Positions 49,539-58,953 of a DNA stretch of 64,000 nt are shown one piece after another. Within the stretch, counting starts at the first letter, position 1, and every line of letters starts with the position of its first letter. Origin of the DNA: an uncultured Ignavibacteria bacterium. GTDB taxonomy: Bacteria > Bacteroidota > Ignavibacteria > Ch128b. The translations under genes and the position numbers were made by a program. A model generated the notes under the pieces. The model saw only the letters and a program-made list of their open reading frames with translations, had not been told where the DNA came from and did not search any database. The stretch spans positions 38,262-102,261 of the forward strand of contig CALDZP010000034.1 of assembly GCA_937944105.1 (NCBI GenBank), in the 5' to 3' direction.

Positions 49539-51047
49539 ATGGGTTTAAATATGAGTGTGGATAACTTACAAAATAAAAATAGTCAAAAAGTACTGATTAA
49601 AAACGATACAAAACAAAGAATTTTTAAAAATCCAGAGAAAGCAAAAGAAATTTGGAATTCTTTTATTGAGGTAATTAAGAAAAATATAAATGGTCTTTCT
49701 TTTAAAACTTGGTTCGAACCAATTGAACCAGTCGGTTTTGACAAAGATGAGTTAGTTATCAAAGTGCCAAATGATTTATCCTGGGATTATATTGAAGTGA
49801 ATTTTAATTCATTAATTAAAAAAGCTCTTTTAGCAGCATTGGGTGAAAATGGAAAGTTAACATATATATACGATACACAAAAAGATGAAACCTTAGAAAT
49901 AATTAAAGAAAATAAAGAATACTCCAAAGAAAAAATTAATAATGGTAATAACTCATGGTATCAGGGTGTAACTAAAAATATTAATTGGAACATTAATAGC
50001 TCAAAAGAGCAGGAGAATTTTGAAACAAATTTAAATGAGAAATTTACTTTTGATAATTTTATAAAAGGTGAAAGTAATCAATTTGCTCGTGCAGCAGCTT
50101 TTGCGGTAGCAAATTCACCTGGAGGGACTTCATTCAATCCTTTATTTATTTATGGAGGTGTTGGACTTGGAAAAACGCATCTTATTCAGGCAATTGGAAA
50201 TTATGTTGTGGAAAATAAAAAAGTTAAAAAAGTCTTGTATACTACTGCAGAGAAATTTACAACAGAATTTGTTGATTCAATAAAAAAAGGTAATACAAAT
50301 GAATTTACAGCGTTCTATCGAAAAGTTGATCTTTTAATTATAGATGATATTCAATTTTTATCAGGAAAGGAATCCACAACAGATACTTTCTTTCATATCT
50401 TTAATAGCCTTTATCAATTAGGTAAGCAAATTGTTCTTTCGTGTGATAAACCACCCAAGAGTTTATCGGGGATTGATGAAAGATTAATCTCAAGATTTCA
50501 ATGGGGCTTATCGGTTGATATTCAACCACCAGATTTTGAAACAAGGATAGCAATTCTTATCAAGAAGAGTGAGTCATTTAATCTTGATATTGATTTAAGT
50601 ATTCTCGAATACATTGCAGCAAACATAACAAATAATATTCGTGAACTTGAAGGCGCTTTGATAAAACTACTTGCAAAAGCATCTCTAGAGAACAGAGAAA
50701 TTACACTTGATCTTGCCAGAGAAATAGTAAAGTCTATTGCAACCGAAAAAAAGTCGACCCTTACAATTGATCAAATACAAAATATTGTGGCAGAATATTT
50801 TGGTTATTCCCCTGATGTTTTGATCTCTAAAACAAAGAAGAAAGAGTATGTTCTTGCGAGACAAATAGCTATGTATTTTGCAAAGAAATTTACAAATGCC
50901 TCTCTTAAAACTATCGGTTTGAACTTTGGTGGTCGTGATCATACAACTGTAATTCATGCGCTACAATGCATTGAAGAACAAATGAAAGATGATTCCTTTG
51001 TGGCTATGTTGAGTACAATTCAGGGAAAAATTGAATACAGAACTTGA
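49539..51047 (+). CDS. dnaA: Chromosomal replication initiator DnaA
   Basis: 'GGVGLGKTHLIQAIGN' Walker A, 'LIIDDIQFL', C-terminal DNA-binding 'VLARQIAMYFAKKFT...GGRDHTTVIHA'. Confidence 0.9.
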   Translation: MGLNMSVDNLQNKNSQKVLIKNDTKQRIFKNPEKAKEIWNSFIEVIKKNINGLSFKTWFEPIEPVGFDKDELVIKVPNDLSWDYIEVNFNSLIKKALLAALGENGKLTYIYDTQKDETLEIIKENKEYSKEKINNGNNSWYQGVTKNINWNINSSKEQENFETNLNEKFTFDNFIKGESNQFARAAAFAVANSPGGTSFNPLFIYGGVGLGKTHLIQAIGNYVVENKKVKKVLYTTAEKFTTEFVDSIKKGNTNEFTAFYRKVDLLIIDDIQFLSGKESTTDTFFHIFNSLYQLGKQIVLSCDKPPKSLSGIDERLISRFQWGLSVDIQPPDFETRIAILIKKSESFNLDIDLSILEYIAANITNNIRELEGALIKLLAKASLENREITLDLAREIVKSIATEKKSTLTIDQIQNIVAEYFGYSPDVLISKTKKKEYVLARQIAMYFAKKFTNASLKTIGLNFGGRDHTTVIHALQCIEEQMKDDSFVAMLSTIQGKIEYRT

Positions 51048-51979
51048 TAGAATTTGAATATATATCTTAAAATTGTAATAATTAGTAATCTCTGTACAAT
51101 AAAAACCTATTAATTAAATCTTTTATAAAATCGCATTGCAGTTGAATTCATAAAATTGATTAATTTGTTTAATAGAACATTAAATCTATTTTTTTAATTG
51201 ATTTTACTAATAAGTCAGGAGATTCAATTTAGTTGTAATCAAGGATGTGACGATTTATTTTGTTTTACAATTAAGGTAAGATTCACAGATTTTTCTAATT
51301 GCAATTTTAGAGGAATTCAAGAATGGCAAATCACATTTAGAAGTCTGTGGTTTAGTGTTAAAAAGTAAAGATTTGCTTAAAAATGCTCTGACTTTTTATT
51401 AAATTTATTCAGTGTTTTAGATACAATTTCTCGGGTCTACTTTAATTTTTTTGTTGGCTATCCTTAAAGTATTATTTAGTTAACCTGTCCCAATTTTTCG
51501 GGGTCATATTCTAATTTTTGATCTTAATCTAAATTTAACTTGCAAAATGTCCTGGCATCCATCAGCACCAGAATCCCGAATAAGATTTATTGTTATGCCT
51601 CCAGAATTTGCAATGAAAATTAATAGTAAATTTAAATTTTGAGCCTTGTGCTGAATATTTTTTGTCATTTTTTTGACTGTCAAGCTGAACTTGTTCCAGC
51701 ATTCTTCTTAGAACCCCGAAACATCCTGATATTCATAAGGACATGGTTTGTAATGAAACTTATTGGGCAGTCAATAAAAGTTTTATGCATTAAGTAATGA
51801 TATCGGTCTATTTATTTAAAATGTTCGACAAGAATTAGAAAATTCTAATTGTATCTCTCCATTAAAATTTACAAACTATTAAAACTCGATTCTTGAAAAA
51901 TTAATAAAATTTTTACAGAGAGTTTATTATTTCTTAACAATGCTACTTTAGATTGGCCTCAAAAATTGGAAGGTAAAAT

Positions 51980-54769
51980 ATGAATTTAAATGTAAAACCT
52001 ATCGTAAAAAGCTTTAATAAAACATATTTAATTTTGTTATTCTTTTTCTCATTAATGAATGTTTACTCTCAATCAAAAGGTTCAATTATTGGAACAGTTA
52101 GAGATGAGGTGACTGGTGAGCCGATTATAGGAGCAAATGTTCTCTTAGAAAATACAAGTTTTGGGGCAGCTTCCGATTTAAATGGTAAATTTCAGATTCG
52201 TGATGTTGAAGAGGGGCTTTATAACATTAAAATAAGTCATGTTGCCTATCAAACAAAAATTATAACAAATGTTGAAGTTAAATCAAAAGAGGTTACACAA
52301 CTTAATATAACACTTTCCAGTAATGTACTTGAAACACAAGAAATATTAGTTGAAACTAAATCGGATAAATCATATGAGAATGCTTTGTTGAATTTGCGAA
52401 AAAATTCTCAAAACATTTTAGATGGGATTAGTGCAGAACAAATTAGAAGAACCACAGATGGTCTAACCAGCGATATATTAAAAAGAATTACTGGATTAAC
52501 GATTAACGAAAATAAGTTTGTCAATATAAGGGGTACAAGTGAAAGGTATAATGTAACACAGTTAAACAATTCCAATATTACCAGCACCGAATCGGAGAAA
52601 AAAGCGTTTTCATTTGATTTACTTTCCGCTAATCTTCTGGAATATGCTAATGTTATTAAATCTTATACTCCTGATTTACCAGCAAATTTTGCAGGGGGTG
52701 TAGTTCAACTAAATACAATAAGTTTTCCTGAATATCTTAGAGCTTCGGCTGGTTATTCTACATCATATTCAGAGGGCACATCATTAAAAAGTTTTTCAAC
52801 ATACGAAAATGGAACAAACTTTTTTGGATTTGATAATGGTAGTAGAAAATTACCGGAAAACTTTCCTGATAATTTAAATAAATCAGGTTTAAATCGAGAT
52901 CAAATAAATGAATTAGCTAAAAGTTTAAAAAACATTTGGCAAACTAAGTCAGTTAAAGCACCATTAAATCAAAGCTTTTATTTTACAATTGGTGATGGTA
53001 CCAGATTGATTGGCAGTCAATTTGGATTTGTTACGGCCTTTAGCTATAAAAATGATCATAGAAATTCTTTCATTAATTTGAATGAATATGAATCTTCTGG
53101 TGAGAAAAGATTTGAATATGAAGGTATCAAGTCTTCAAAATCCGTAAACCTTGGAGGTTTATTAAATTTAAGCTATAAATTTAGCGATAATCATTTAATC
53201 TCATGGAGAAACCTTTATTCTCATAGCTCCGATGATGAAGTATCTTTATTACATGGATATCAATACACAGATGCGGGCAAGGAACAAAAGCAAACTGCTA
53301 TTAGATATACAGAACGAGATCTTTTATCGGCGCAAATATTTGGTGAACACTTCTTTCAAAATTTAAATGGATTAAGAGTTGATTGGCGATTTAGTTTAAG
53401 TAACTCCAGAAAGTTAGAACCAGATTATAGAAGAATATATTATGGTAGAGATATAGGTGACGACGGACCGTTCTATGCAGTTCTTGGTTTTCAACCAAAT
53501 CTTAAAAATGGTGGAAGGTTTTTCTCAAACCTTCATGATAAATCAAGGGGTTTAGCCGTAGATTTTAGAACCAATTTGTATTTATTGAGATTTAAGTTTG
53601 GTTTTTCTTATGATGTTACTAAAAGAGATTTTGCTTCTAGATTAATAAGCGTTATAATTAATGCTCCAGGAAATGGTTATACTGATTTTTCATTATTAAC
53701 ACTTCCCCTCGACAAAATTTTTGGTCCAGAGAATTTCAGAAAAAATGGATTTTCAATTGATGAATATCAGAATGGAACAAACAATTATTCTGCCTCTGAG
53801 GAGGTCATTTCATCATACTTAATGACGGAAATCCCTTTTCATTTTGTGAATAAAGAGATAAAAATTTTTGGTGGTTTCAGAATGGAGAACTCTTTACAGA
53901 AAATTAATTCAATGGATGTTAGTGGAGAAATTCCAATTTCGAATTACCTGAAAAAAATTGATTATTTACCTTCCATAAATTTTTTAATTAAACTTAATGA
54001 TTTTACCAATGTCAGATTTTCATACAGCCAGACTTTGAATCGCCCGGAACTTCGGGAGTTAGCACCTTTTGCTTATTTTGATTTTGCAACACAAACTTCT
54101 ATTCGTGGTAATCCAGATTTACAAAGATCATTTATCAAAAATTATGATTTAAGAATAGAAAGCCTTCCTGGTTTGGGTAAATTGATTTCTGCAAATGTTT
54201 TCTATAAAAGCATCTCTAATGCTATAGAAAAGGTTGTTGTTACTGGTAGTGCGCTTGGTTCTGAAAGAACTTTTATGAATGCTGATAAAGCCGAGGTTTA
54301 CGGTTTTGAACTTGAAGGTAGAATATCATTCGGTTTTATTTCAGATTATCTTGAAAATTTATCAATAAATGGAAACTATACAAGAATAAATTCTTTTGTT
54401 AATGTCAGAGGTACTGAGACAACTATCTCAAGGGAAAAAAGACCACTTCAAGGACAATCTCCATATGTTATCAATTTCGGGATTTATTTTGTAGAACCAA
54501 GTTTGGGTAGTTCCTTCACAGTCAATTATAATAAAATAGGAAAAAGAATTGTCGAAGTTGCGACAGCTTATCAGGACGATATAATTGAAAAACCAAGAGA
54601 TGTTATCGACATTAAAATATCTCAGACAGTATTGAAAGGATTTAGTCTAAGCTTAGGGATTAAAGATTTGTTAGCTCAGGATTACGCATTTGTACAAGGT
54701 GATTTGCCGGCAAGAATAATAAAAGCAAATACAACTTACTCATTAGGAATTAATTATAAACTAAACTAA
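51980..54769 (+). CDS. TonB-dependent receptor family outer membrane protein (CarboxypepD_reg N-terminal)
   Basis: Signal peptide, 'GSIIGTVRDEVTGEPIIGANV' CarbopepD_reg, plug-like region, long beta-barrel body. Confidence 0.65.
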   Translation: MNLNVKPIVKSFNKTYLILLFFFSLMNVYSQSKGSIIGTVRDEVTGEPIIGANVLLENTSFGAASDLNGKFQIRDVEEGLYNIKISHVAYQTKIITNVEVKSKEVTQLNITLSSNVLETQEILVETKSDKSYENALLNLRKNSQNILDGISAEQIRRTTDGLTSDILKRITGLTINENKFVNIRGTSERYNVTQLNNSNITSTESEKKAFSFDLLSANLLEYANVIKSYTPDLPANFAGGVVQLNTISFPEYLRASAGYSTSYSEGTSLKSFSTYENGTNFFGFDNGSRKLPENFPDNLNKSGLNRDQINELAKSLKNIWQTKSVKAPLNQSFYFTIGDGTRLIGSQFGFVTAFSYKNDHRNSFINLNEYESSGEKRFEYEGIKSSKSVNLGGLLNLSYKFSDNHLISWRNLYSHSSDDEVSLLHGYQYTDAGKEQKQTAIRYTERDLLSAQIFGEHFFQNLNGLRVDWRFSLSNSRKLEPDYRRIYYGRDIGDDGPFYAVLGFQPNLKNGGRFFSNLHDKSRGLAVDFRTNLYLLRFKFGFSYDVTKRDFASRLISVIINAPGNGYTDFSLLTLPLDKIFGPENFRKNGFSIDEYQNGTNNYSASEEVISSYLMTEIPFHFVNKEIKIFGGFRMENSLQKINSMDVSGEIPISNYLKKIDYLPSINFLIKLNDFTNVRFSYSQTLNRPELRELAPFAYFDFATQTSIRGNPDLQRSFIKNYDLRIESLPGLGKLISANVFYKSISNAIEKVVVTGSALGSERTFMNADKAEVYGFELEGRISFGFISDYLENLSINGNYTRINSFVNVRGTETTISREKRPLQGQSPYVINFGIYFVEPSLGSSFTVNYNKIGKRIVEVATAYQDDIIEKPRDVIDIKISQTVLKGFSLSLGIKDLLAQDYAFVQGDLPARIIKANTTYSLGINYKLN

Positions 54770-54791
54770 CACAATAAAGGAGTTAAATTTT

Positions 54792-56438
54792 ATGAAAAAT
54801 TTTAAAACATCACTTTTATCATTATTAATTTTATTCATTAGTCTACCTGTTCTAAATGTTTTTGCTCAATTAGCACCTGTAGATAGTATAATTCAAGGCA
54901 ACATAAATTCAAACGCTTATCTCTCAAGAACAAAAAAATATTTACTCCGTGGTTTTGTTAATGTAAATGAACCAGCAGTATTAACAATTGAACCGGGAAC
55001 TATTATTTACGGAGAAAAAGATTCTAAAGGTACTTTAATAATTAATCGTGGTGCAAAAATTATTGCAAATGGTACTAAGGAAAGTCCAATTGTTTTTACA
55101 AGTCAACAGCCTGTAGGGCAAAGAGGTCCTGGTGATTGGGGTGGAATAATTATAGCAGGAAAAGCAAGGATTAATGTTCCTGGAGGTACAGCTATAATCG
55201 AAGGAGGAACTGGAACAATTTATGGTGGTGGTGCTAATCCAGATGATAATGATAATAGTGGTATTCTTCGCTACGTTAGAATAGAATTCCCTGGAATTGC
55301 ATTTTTACCAGATAACGAAATTAATGGTTTAACACTTGGCGGAGTTGGGAAAGGAACAACTATTGAATATGTACAGGTAAGTTATTCAGGAGATGATTCT
55401 TTCGAATGGTTCGGTGGAAATGTTAATTGTCGTTATCTTGTGTCATTAAATGCTATAGATGACGATTTTGATATTGATTTTGGTTTTAGAGGAAATTTAC
55501 AATTTGGATTTGCTCTGAGAGATCCTAATTTGGCTGATATTAGTGGTTCAAACGGTTTTGAAACTGATAATGATGGAACTGGAACATATAACTCACCGAG
55601 AACTTTGCCAGTTATCTCAAATTTTACAGTAATAGGACCAATGAGTGATACATCTTTTACTGCATACAATCCAAACTTTAGACGAGGTGCTCACATTAGA
55701 AGAGCTGCTCAAACTTCAATCTATAATTCAATTGTAATGGGTTTCCCCGTTGGTTTGTTGCTTGATGGTTCTGCTGTTCGTTATGCGGCAGTGGGTGATA
55801 CTTTACAAATCAGAAATTCAATTTGGGCTGGGCTAAGAAAAAATAATGGAATAACAACAAATCAATCCGGTTTTAATGCTGAAGAGTGGTTTGATAATCC
55901 AACCTTTGGTAATCGTCGGTTTGTACAGTGCTCGCAAGTTGGTTTAATAGATCCTTTTAACTTGACTAACCCCAATCCTTTACCTTCAAGCAGTTCACCA
56001 GCAGTTAGTGGTGCAAGTTTTTCAAATCCTAGACTTTCTACATTTTTTACACAAACAACTTATGTTGGTGCTTTTAGTCCAACCGAACCAAGATGGGATG
56101 AAGGATGGACTAACTATAATCCACAATATACAAATTATGCAACCGGTGTAGATGAATATAATGTTTCAGTCAACTCATTTGAATTATTTCAAAATTATCC
56201 GAATCCATTTAACCCATCGACAAAAATTTCGTTTTCACTTCCTGAAAATGGTTTAACAACTTTAAAAATTTTCAATTCACTCGGTGAAGAAATTAAGACT
56301 CTGGTTAATGCTGAACTTGAAGCAGGAAAAATTTATACCGTTGAATTTAATGCTTCAGATTTATCCAGTGGAATTTACTTTGCAAAATTAAGTCAATCGA
56401 AGAACTTTAAAGTCATAAAGATGCTTTTGTCAAAATAA
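54792..56438 (+). CDS. Secreted Gly-rich beta-helix-like protein with T9SS C-terminal sorting domain
   Basis: Signal peptide; 'LFQNYPNPFNPSTKISF...GIYFAKL' CTD. Confidence 0.5.
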   Translation: MKNFKTSLLSLLILFISLPVLNVFAQLAPVDSIIQGNINSNAYLSRTKKYLLRGFVNVNEPAVLTIEPGTIIYGEKDSKGTLIINRGAKIIANGTKESPIVFTSQQPVGQRGPGDWGGIIIAGKARINVPGGTAIIEGGTGTIYGGGANPDDNDNSGILRYVRIEFPGIAFLPDNEINGLTLGGVGKGTTIEYVQVSYSGDDSFEWFGGNVNCRYLVSLNAIDDDFDIDFGFRGNLQFGFALRDPNLADISGSNGFETDNDGTGTYNSPRTLPVISNFTVIGPMSDTSFTAYNPNFRRGAHIRRAAQTSIYNSIVMGFPVGLLLDGSAVRYAAVGDTLQIRNSIWAGLRKNNGITTNQSGFNAEEWFDNPTFGNRRFVQCSQVGLIDPFNLTNPNPLPSSSSPAVSGASFSNPRLSTFFTQTTYVGAFSPTEPRWDEGWTNYNPQYTNYATGVDEYNVSVNSFELFQNYPNPFNPSTKISFSLPENGLTTLKIFNSLGEEIKTLVNAELEAGKIYTVEFNASDLSSGIYFAKLSQSKNFKVIKMLLSK

Positions 56439-56457
56439 TCTTAACTTGGTTGATATT

Positions 56458-56487
56458 ACCTGTATCTCCAGATATGGAGGTACAGGT
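56458..56487. other. 12-bp near-perfect hairpin between T9SS-cargo gene and fimbrial operon
   Basis: ACCTGTATCTCC-agatat-GGAGGTACAGGT (one G-U pair); no adjacent T-run. Confidence 0.4.
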
Positions 56488-56619
56488 AAACTTAATATTC
56501 AACATTTTTTATTTAGTAATTAATTACTTTGTTGCTGTAATTTAGATTAGCCATTTAATAATCCCAGACTTATTATTTATTATCATTCCTTTTTATTAAT
56601 TAATTTTTTAACTTTAATC

Positions 56620-57141
56620 ATGATTAGATTGATTAAACATACATTAATGTTTTTCCTAATGTATAACTTATGCATTGGACAACAGTATAACATTTCTGCA
56701 ACTGGACAGGTTAATATGATAAAACCACTTTCAATTACTTCGATTAACAGCACAATAAATTTTGGGGAAATTATCTTAAGTGGTTCTAATTTCATAAAAA
56801 GTCTGAGTCCATCGGAAGGAGCAATTTTTAAGATTGAGGGTCATCCAAATCGAAATGTAATAATTTCTTTTAACCCGGTGACTCTTTCCAATTCAGAATG
56901 GGTCGCTCAAAATGGTGGAACACTTGGTACGTTAAATTTTGAAGCAAATGTTGTTCATACTGGAGCGAATTCGTCTTATCAATCTCCTGTTTCTGTACAA
57001 AATGGAAATTCATATCAGCTTGTAAATTCGTCTGGTATAGGCATTTTGTATTTATGGGTTGGTGGTTCAATAAATATTCAAGCTAATCAGCCAGTAGGGG
57101 ATTACCAGGGAATATTCAGTATAATGGTATCTTATCAATGA
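56620..57141 (+). CDS. SCPU/CsuA-like fimbrial-subunit-like secreted protein (paralog 1 of operon)
   Basis: Signal peptide; 'INFGEIILSGS', 'HTGANSSY', 'LYLWVGGS', C-terminal 'GDYQGIFSIMVSY'; about 45% identical to the 48057 paralog. Confidence 0.5.
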   Translation: MIRLIKHTLMFFLMYNLCIGQQYNISATGQVNMIKPLSITSINSTINFGEIILSGSNFIKSLSPSEGAIFKIEGHPNRNVIISFNPVTLSNSEWVAQNGGTLGTLNFEANVVHTGANSSYQSPVSVQNGNSYQLVNSSGIGILYLWVGGSINIQANQPVGDYQGIFSIMVSYQ

Positions 57142-57650
57142 AAAAATATATTTTAATGATTTTATTTTTTCTTTTTTCAGTTGATTGTTGGAGTCAGACT
57201 AATGAAACAGCGAGCCTTAATATAAGAGCTTCGCTAAAGAGAGGGATCAGTGTTCTTAATCAAAATAACATTTTAAGTTTTGGGGAAATTATTTTGTCAG
57301 GTTCATCTTTTGAATTAAATAAATCACCTCAAGAAGGATTAAGATTTAAGATTTTTTCAGATCCAGCAAAACCTGTTATGATAAGTTATAGTAATGTTGA
57401 GTTAAATTTATCAACTAATTCTGGGAATTTGACAAATGATAATTTACTTTTTGTTCCGAAGGTTTATCATACTGGTGGTAATTCTGATTTTATAGATCCA
57501 GTTGAAGTATTTTCTGGAATTTATTATCAACCACAAAATCAATCTGGTGAAGGTATTTTAAATTTATGGATTGGAGGAACACTTAAAATAAGTCAGTCAA
57601 ATATTCAAGGTGATTATTCAGGCACACTTATAATAACAATTGCATATTAA
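57138..57650 (+). CDS. SCPU/CsuA-like fimbrial-subunit-like secreted protein (paralog 2)
   Basis: Signal peptide; 'SFGEIILSGS', 'YHTGGNS', 'LNLWIGGT', C-terminal 'GDYSGTLIITIAY'; 4-nt overlap with the upstream gene. Confidence 0.5.
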   Translation: MKKYILMILFFLFSVDCWSQTNETASLNIRASLKRGISVLNQNNILSFGEIILSGSSFELNKSPQEGLRFKIFSDPAKPVMISYSNVELNLSTNSGNLTNDNLLFVPKVYHTGGNSDFIDPVEVFSGIYYQPQNQSGEGILNLWIGGTLKISQSNIQGDYSGTLIITIAY

Positions 57651-58116
57651 AATGATGAAAATTCGATTTTATATTTATGTTATAGTTTTTATAATTCTTT
57701 CATATAGTTGTGGCTTCGGTCAATTAATTATTCAAAAAATTAATGATTTAGATTTTGGTGATGTATTTATTGGTTATTCTGCCACGGTGAGTGATCTTTC
57801 ACCAAATGCTGCAAAATTTTTAGTTTATCAAAATTCACAACCACGAGTGGATTTACTTGTTAAATTTACTTTACCTTCTCAACTCACTAATGGGCAAAAT
57901 TCAGTCTCAATAGATTTTAATAATTTTGCTTCATGGGCAAGAGATGATGTTCAGACTGGCAGAATTTACTTTAATCCATATTCTCCTGTATTAATTAAAA
58001 ATGTACGTAGAAATAGGTATCATTATATCTGGTTGGGAGGGACAATTATGAGTTCTTCTGATATCTTACCTGGTTTATATACAGGAACAATCATTCTAAC
58101 TGTAGAGGTATTGTAG
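57640..58116 (+). CDS. Divergent SCPU-like small secreted protein (paralog 3; minor subunit or adaptor candidate)
   Basis: Signal peptide; 'DFGDVFIG', 'IWLGGT', C-terminal 'GLYTGTIILTVEVL'. Confidence 0.4.
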   Translation: MHIKMMKIRFYIYVIVFIILSYSCGFGQLIIQKINDLDFGDVFIGYSATVSDLSPNAAKFLVYQNSQPRVDLLVKFTLPSQLTNGQNSVSIDFNNFASWARDDVQTGRIYFNPYSPVLIKNVRRNRYHYIWLGGTIMSSSDILPGLYTGTIILTVEVL

Positions 58117-58117
58117 T

Positions 58118-58948
58118 ATGAAAAGAAAAATAATTGTTTTAATTACTTTTTATTTTGTTAGTAATTTGTATTCTCAAATTTTAATTTCACCTTATATTGT
58201 TTACACAGATAATAAGAATAAAATAGGCAATTTTATCGTTCAAAATGAATCAGAAAATATCTATGAAATAAATGTAGGATTTCTTTTTGGTTATCCTGTA
58301 TCAGACTCAATAGGACAAATTTCAATGAAATATATTGAGAATGATTCATCTTATTCTTACTCAATAAATAATTTTATTAGAGCATTCCCTAAAAAATTTA
58401 TTCTTGAACCCAAGAAACGACAGATTGTTCGTTTAACAGTAAAAGCTCCAGATACACTTGCAAATGGAACTTACTGGACAAGAATAATTACCTCAGCGGT
58501 GCCTTATTCAGAACAGATAGATTCAATTTCGAGTGGCTTGACAGCAAAAATTAAATTTGTCTTGAATCAGGTAACGACTTGTATGTACCGAGTTAATCCA
58601 GCGGAAAGTGGACTAAAGGTTGAAAACCATGAAGTGAAATATGATTCGAACACAACTACTTTAGTATTAAATTTAAAAAGAGTTGGCAACTCACCTTTTA
58701 TTGGAAATCTTTTAATGAAAATCCTTGACGAAGAGGGTAATGTCATCAAAGAATTAATTGAGTATGTTCCAGTATATTTTGATCTTCAAAAAAGGTTTGT
58801 TTTTAATAATTCAGATTTCGAACCAAACAAAAGTTATATTATCCAAATAACCGCAAGTAATATCGAAAAAGAAGAAATTCCTGAAAGTACTTTAAAGGTA
58901 GTGGTAGTTCCTGAATTAAAGATCCCAATAGAAATTCCATTTAATTAA
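58118..58948 (+). CDS. Periplasmic fimbrial-chaperone-like (PapD/CsuC-like) protein
   Basis: Signal peptide; 'ISPYIVYTD...NFIVQNESENIYEINV' resembles the chaperone N-domain (RxIY...vxN) and 'FILEPKKRQIVRLTV' the PPlFrL block; about 270 aa, typical size. Confidence 0.45.
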   Translation: MKRKIIVLITFYFVSNLYSQILISPYIVYTDNKNKIGNFIVQNESENIYEINVGFLFGYPVSDSIGQISMKYIENDSSYSYSINNFIRAFPKKFILEPKKRQIVRLTVKAPDTLANGTYWTRIITSAVPYSEQIDSISSGLTAKIKFVLNQVTTCMYRVNPAESGLKVENHEVKYDSNTTTLVLNLKRVGNSPFIGNLLMKILDEEGNVIKELIEYVPVYFDLQKRFVFNNSDFEPNKSYIIQITASNIEKEEIPESTLKVVVVPELKIPIEIPFN

Positions 58949-58953
58949 AAGTT

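Noticed and set aside
51552-51650. Small ORF 'MSWHPSAPESRIRFIVMPPEFAMKINSKFKF' in the post-dnaA gap as a real micro-protein or dnaN remnant
   Set aside because: There is no RBS and no resemblance to the DnaN N-terminus. The GC-rich islands are more likely RNA- or DNA-level elements (reported separately as a finding).
56458-56487. The hairpin at 56458-56487 as a rho-independent terminator for the upstream T9SS-cargo gene
   Set aside because: The stem is strong, but it is followed by AAACTTAAT rather than a U-tract. It is kept only as an unexplained hairpin.
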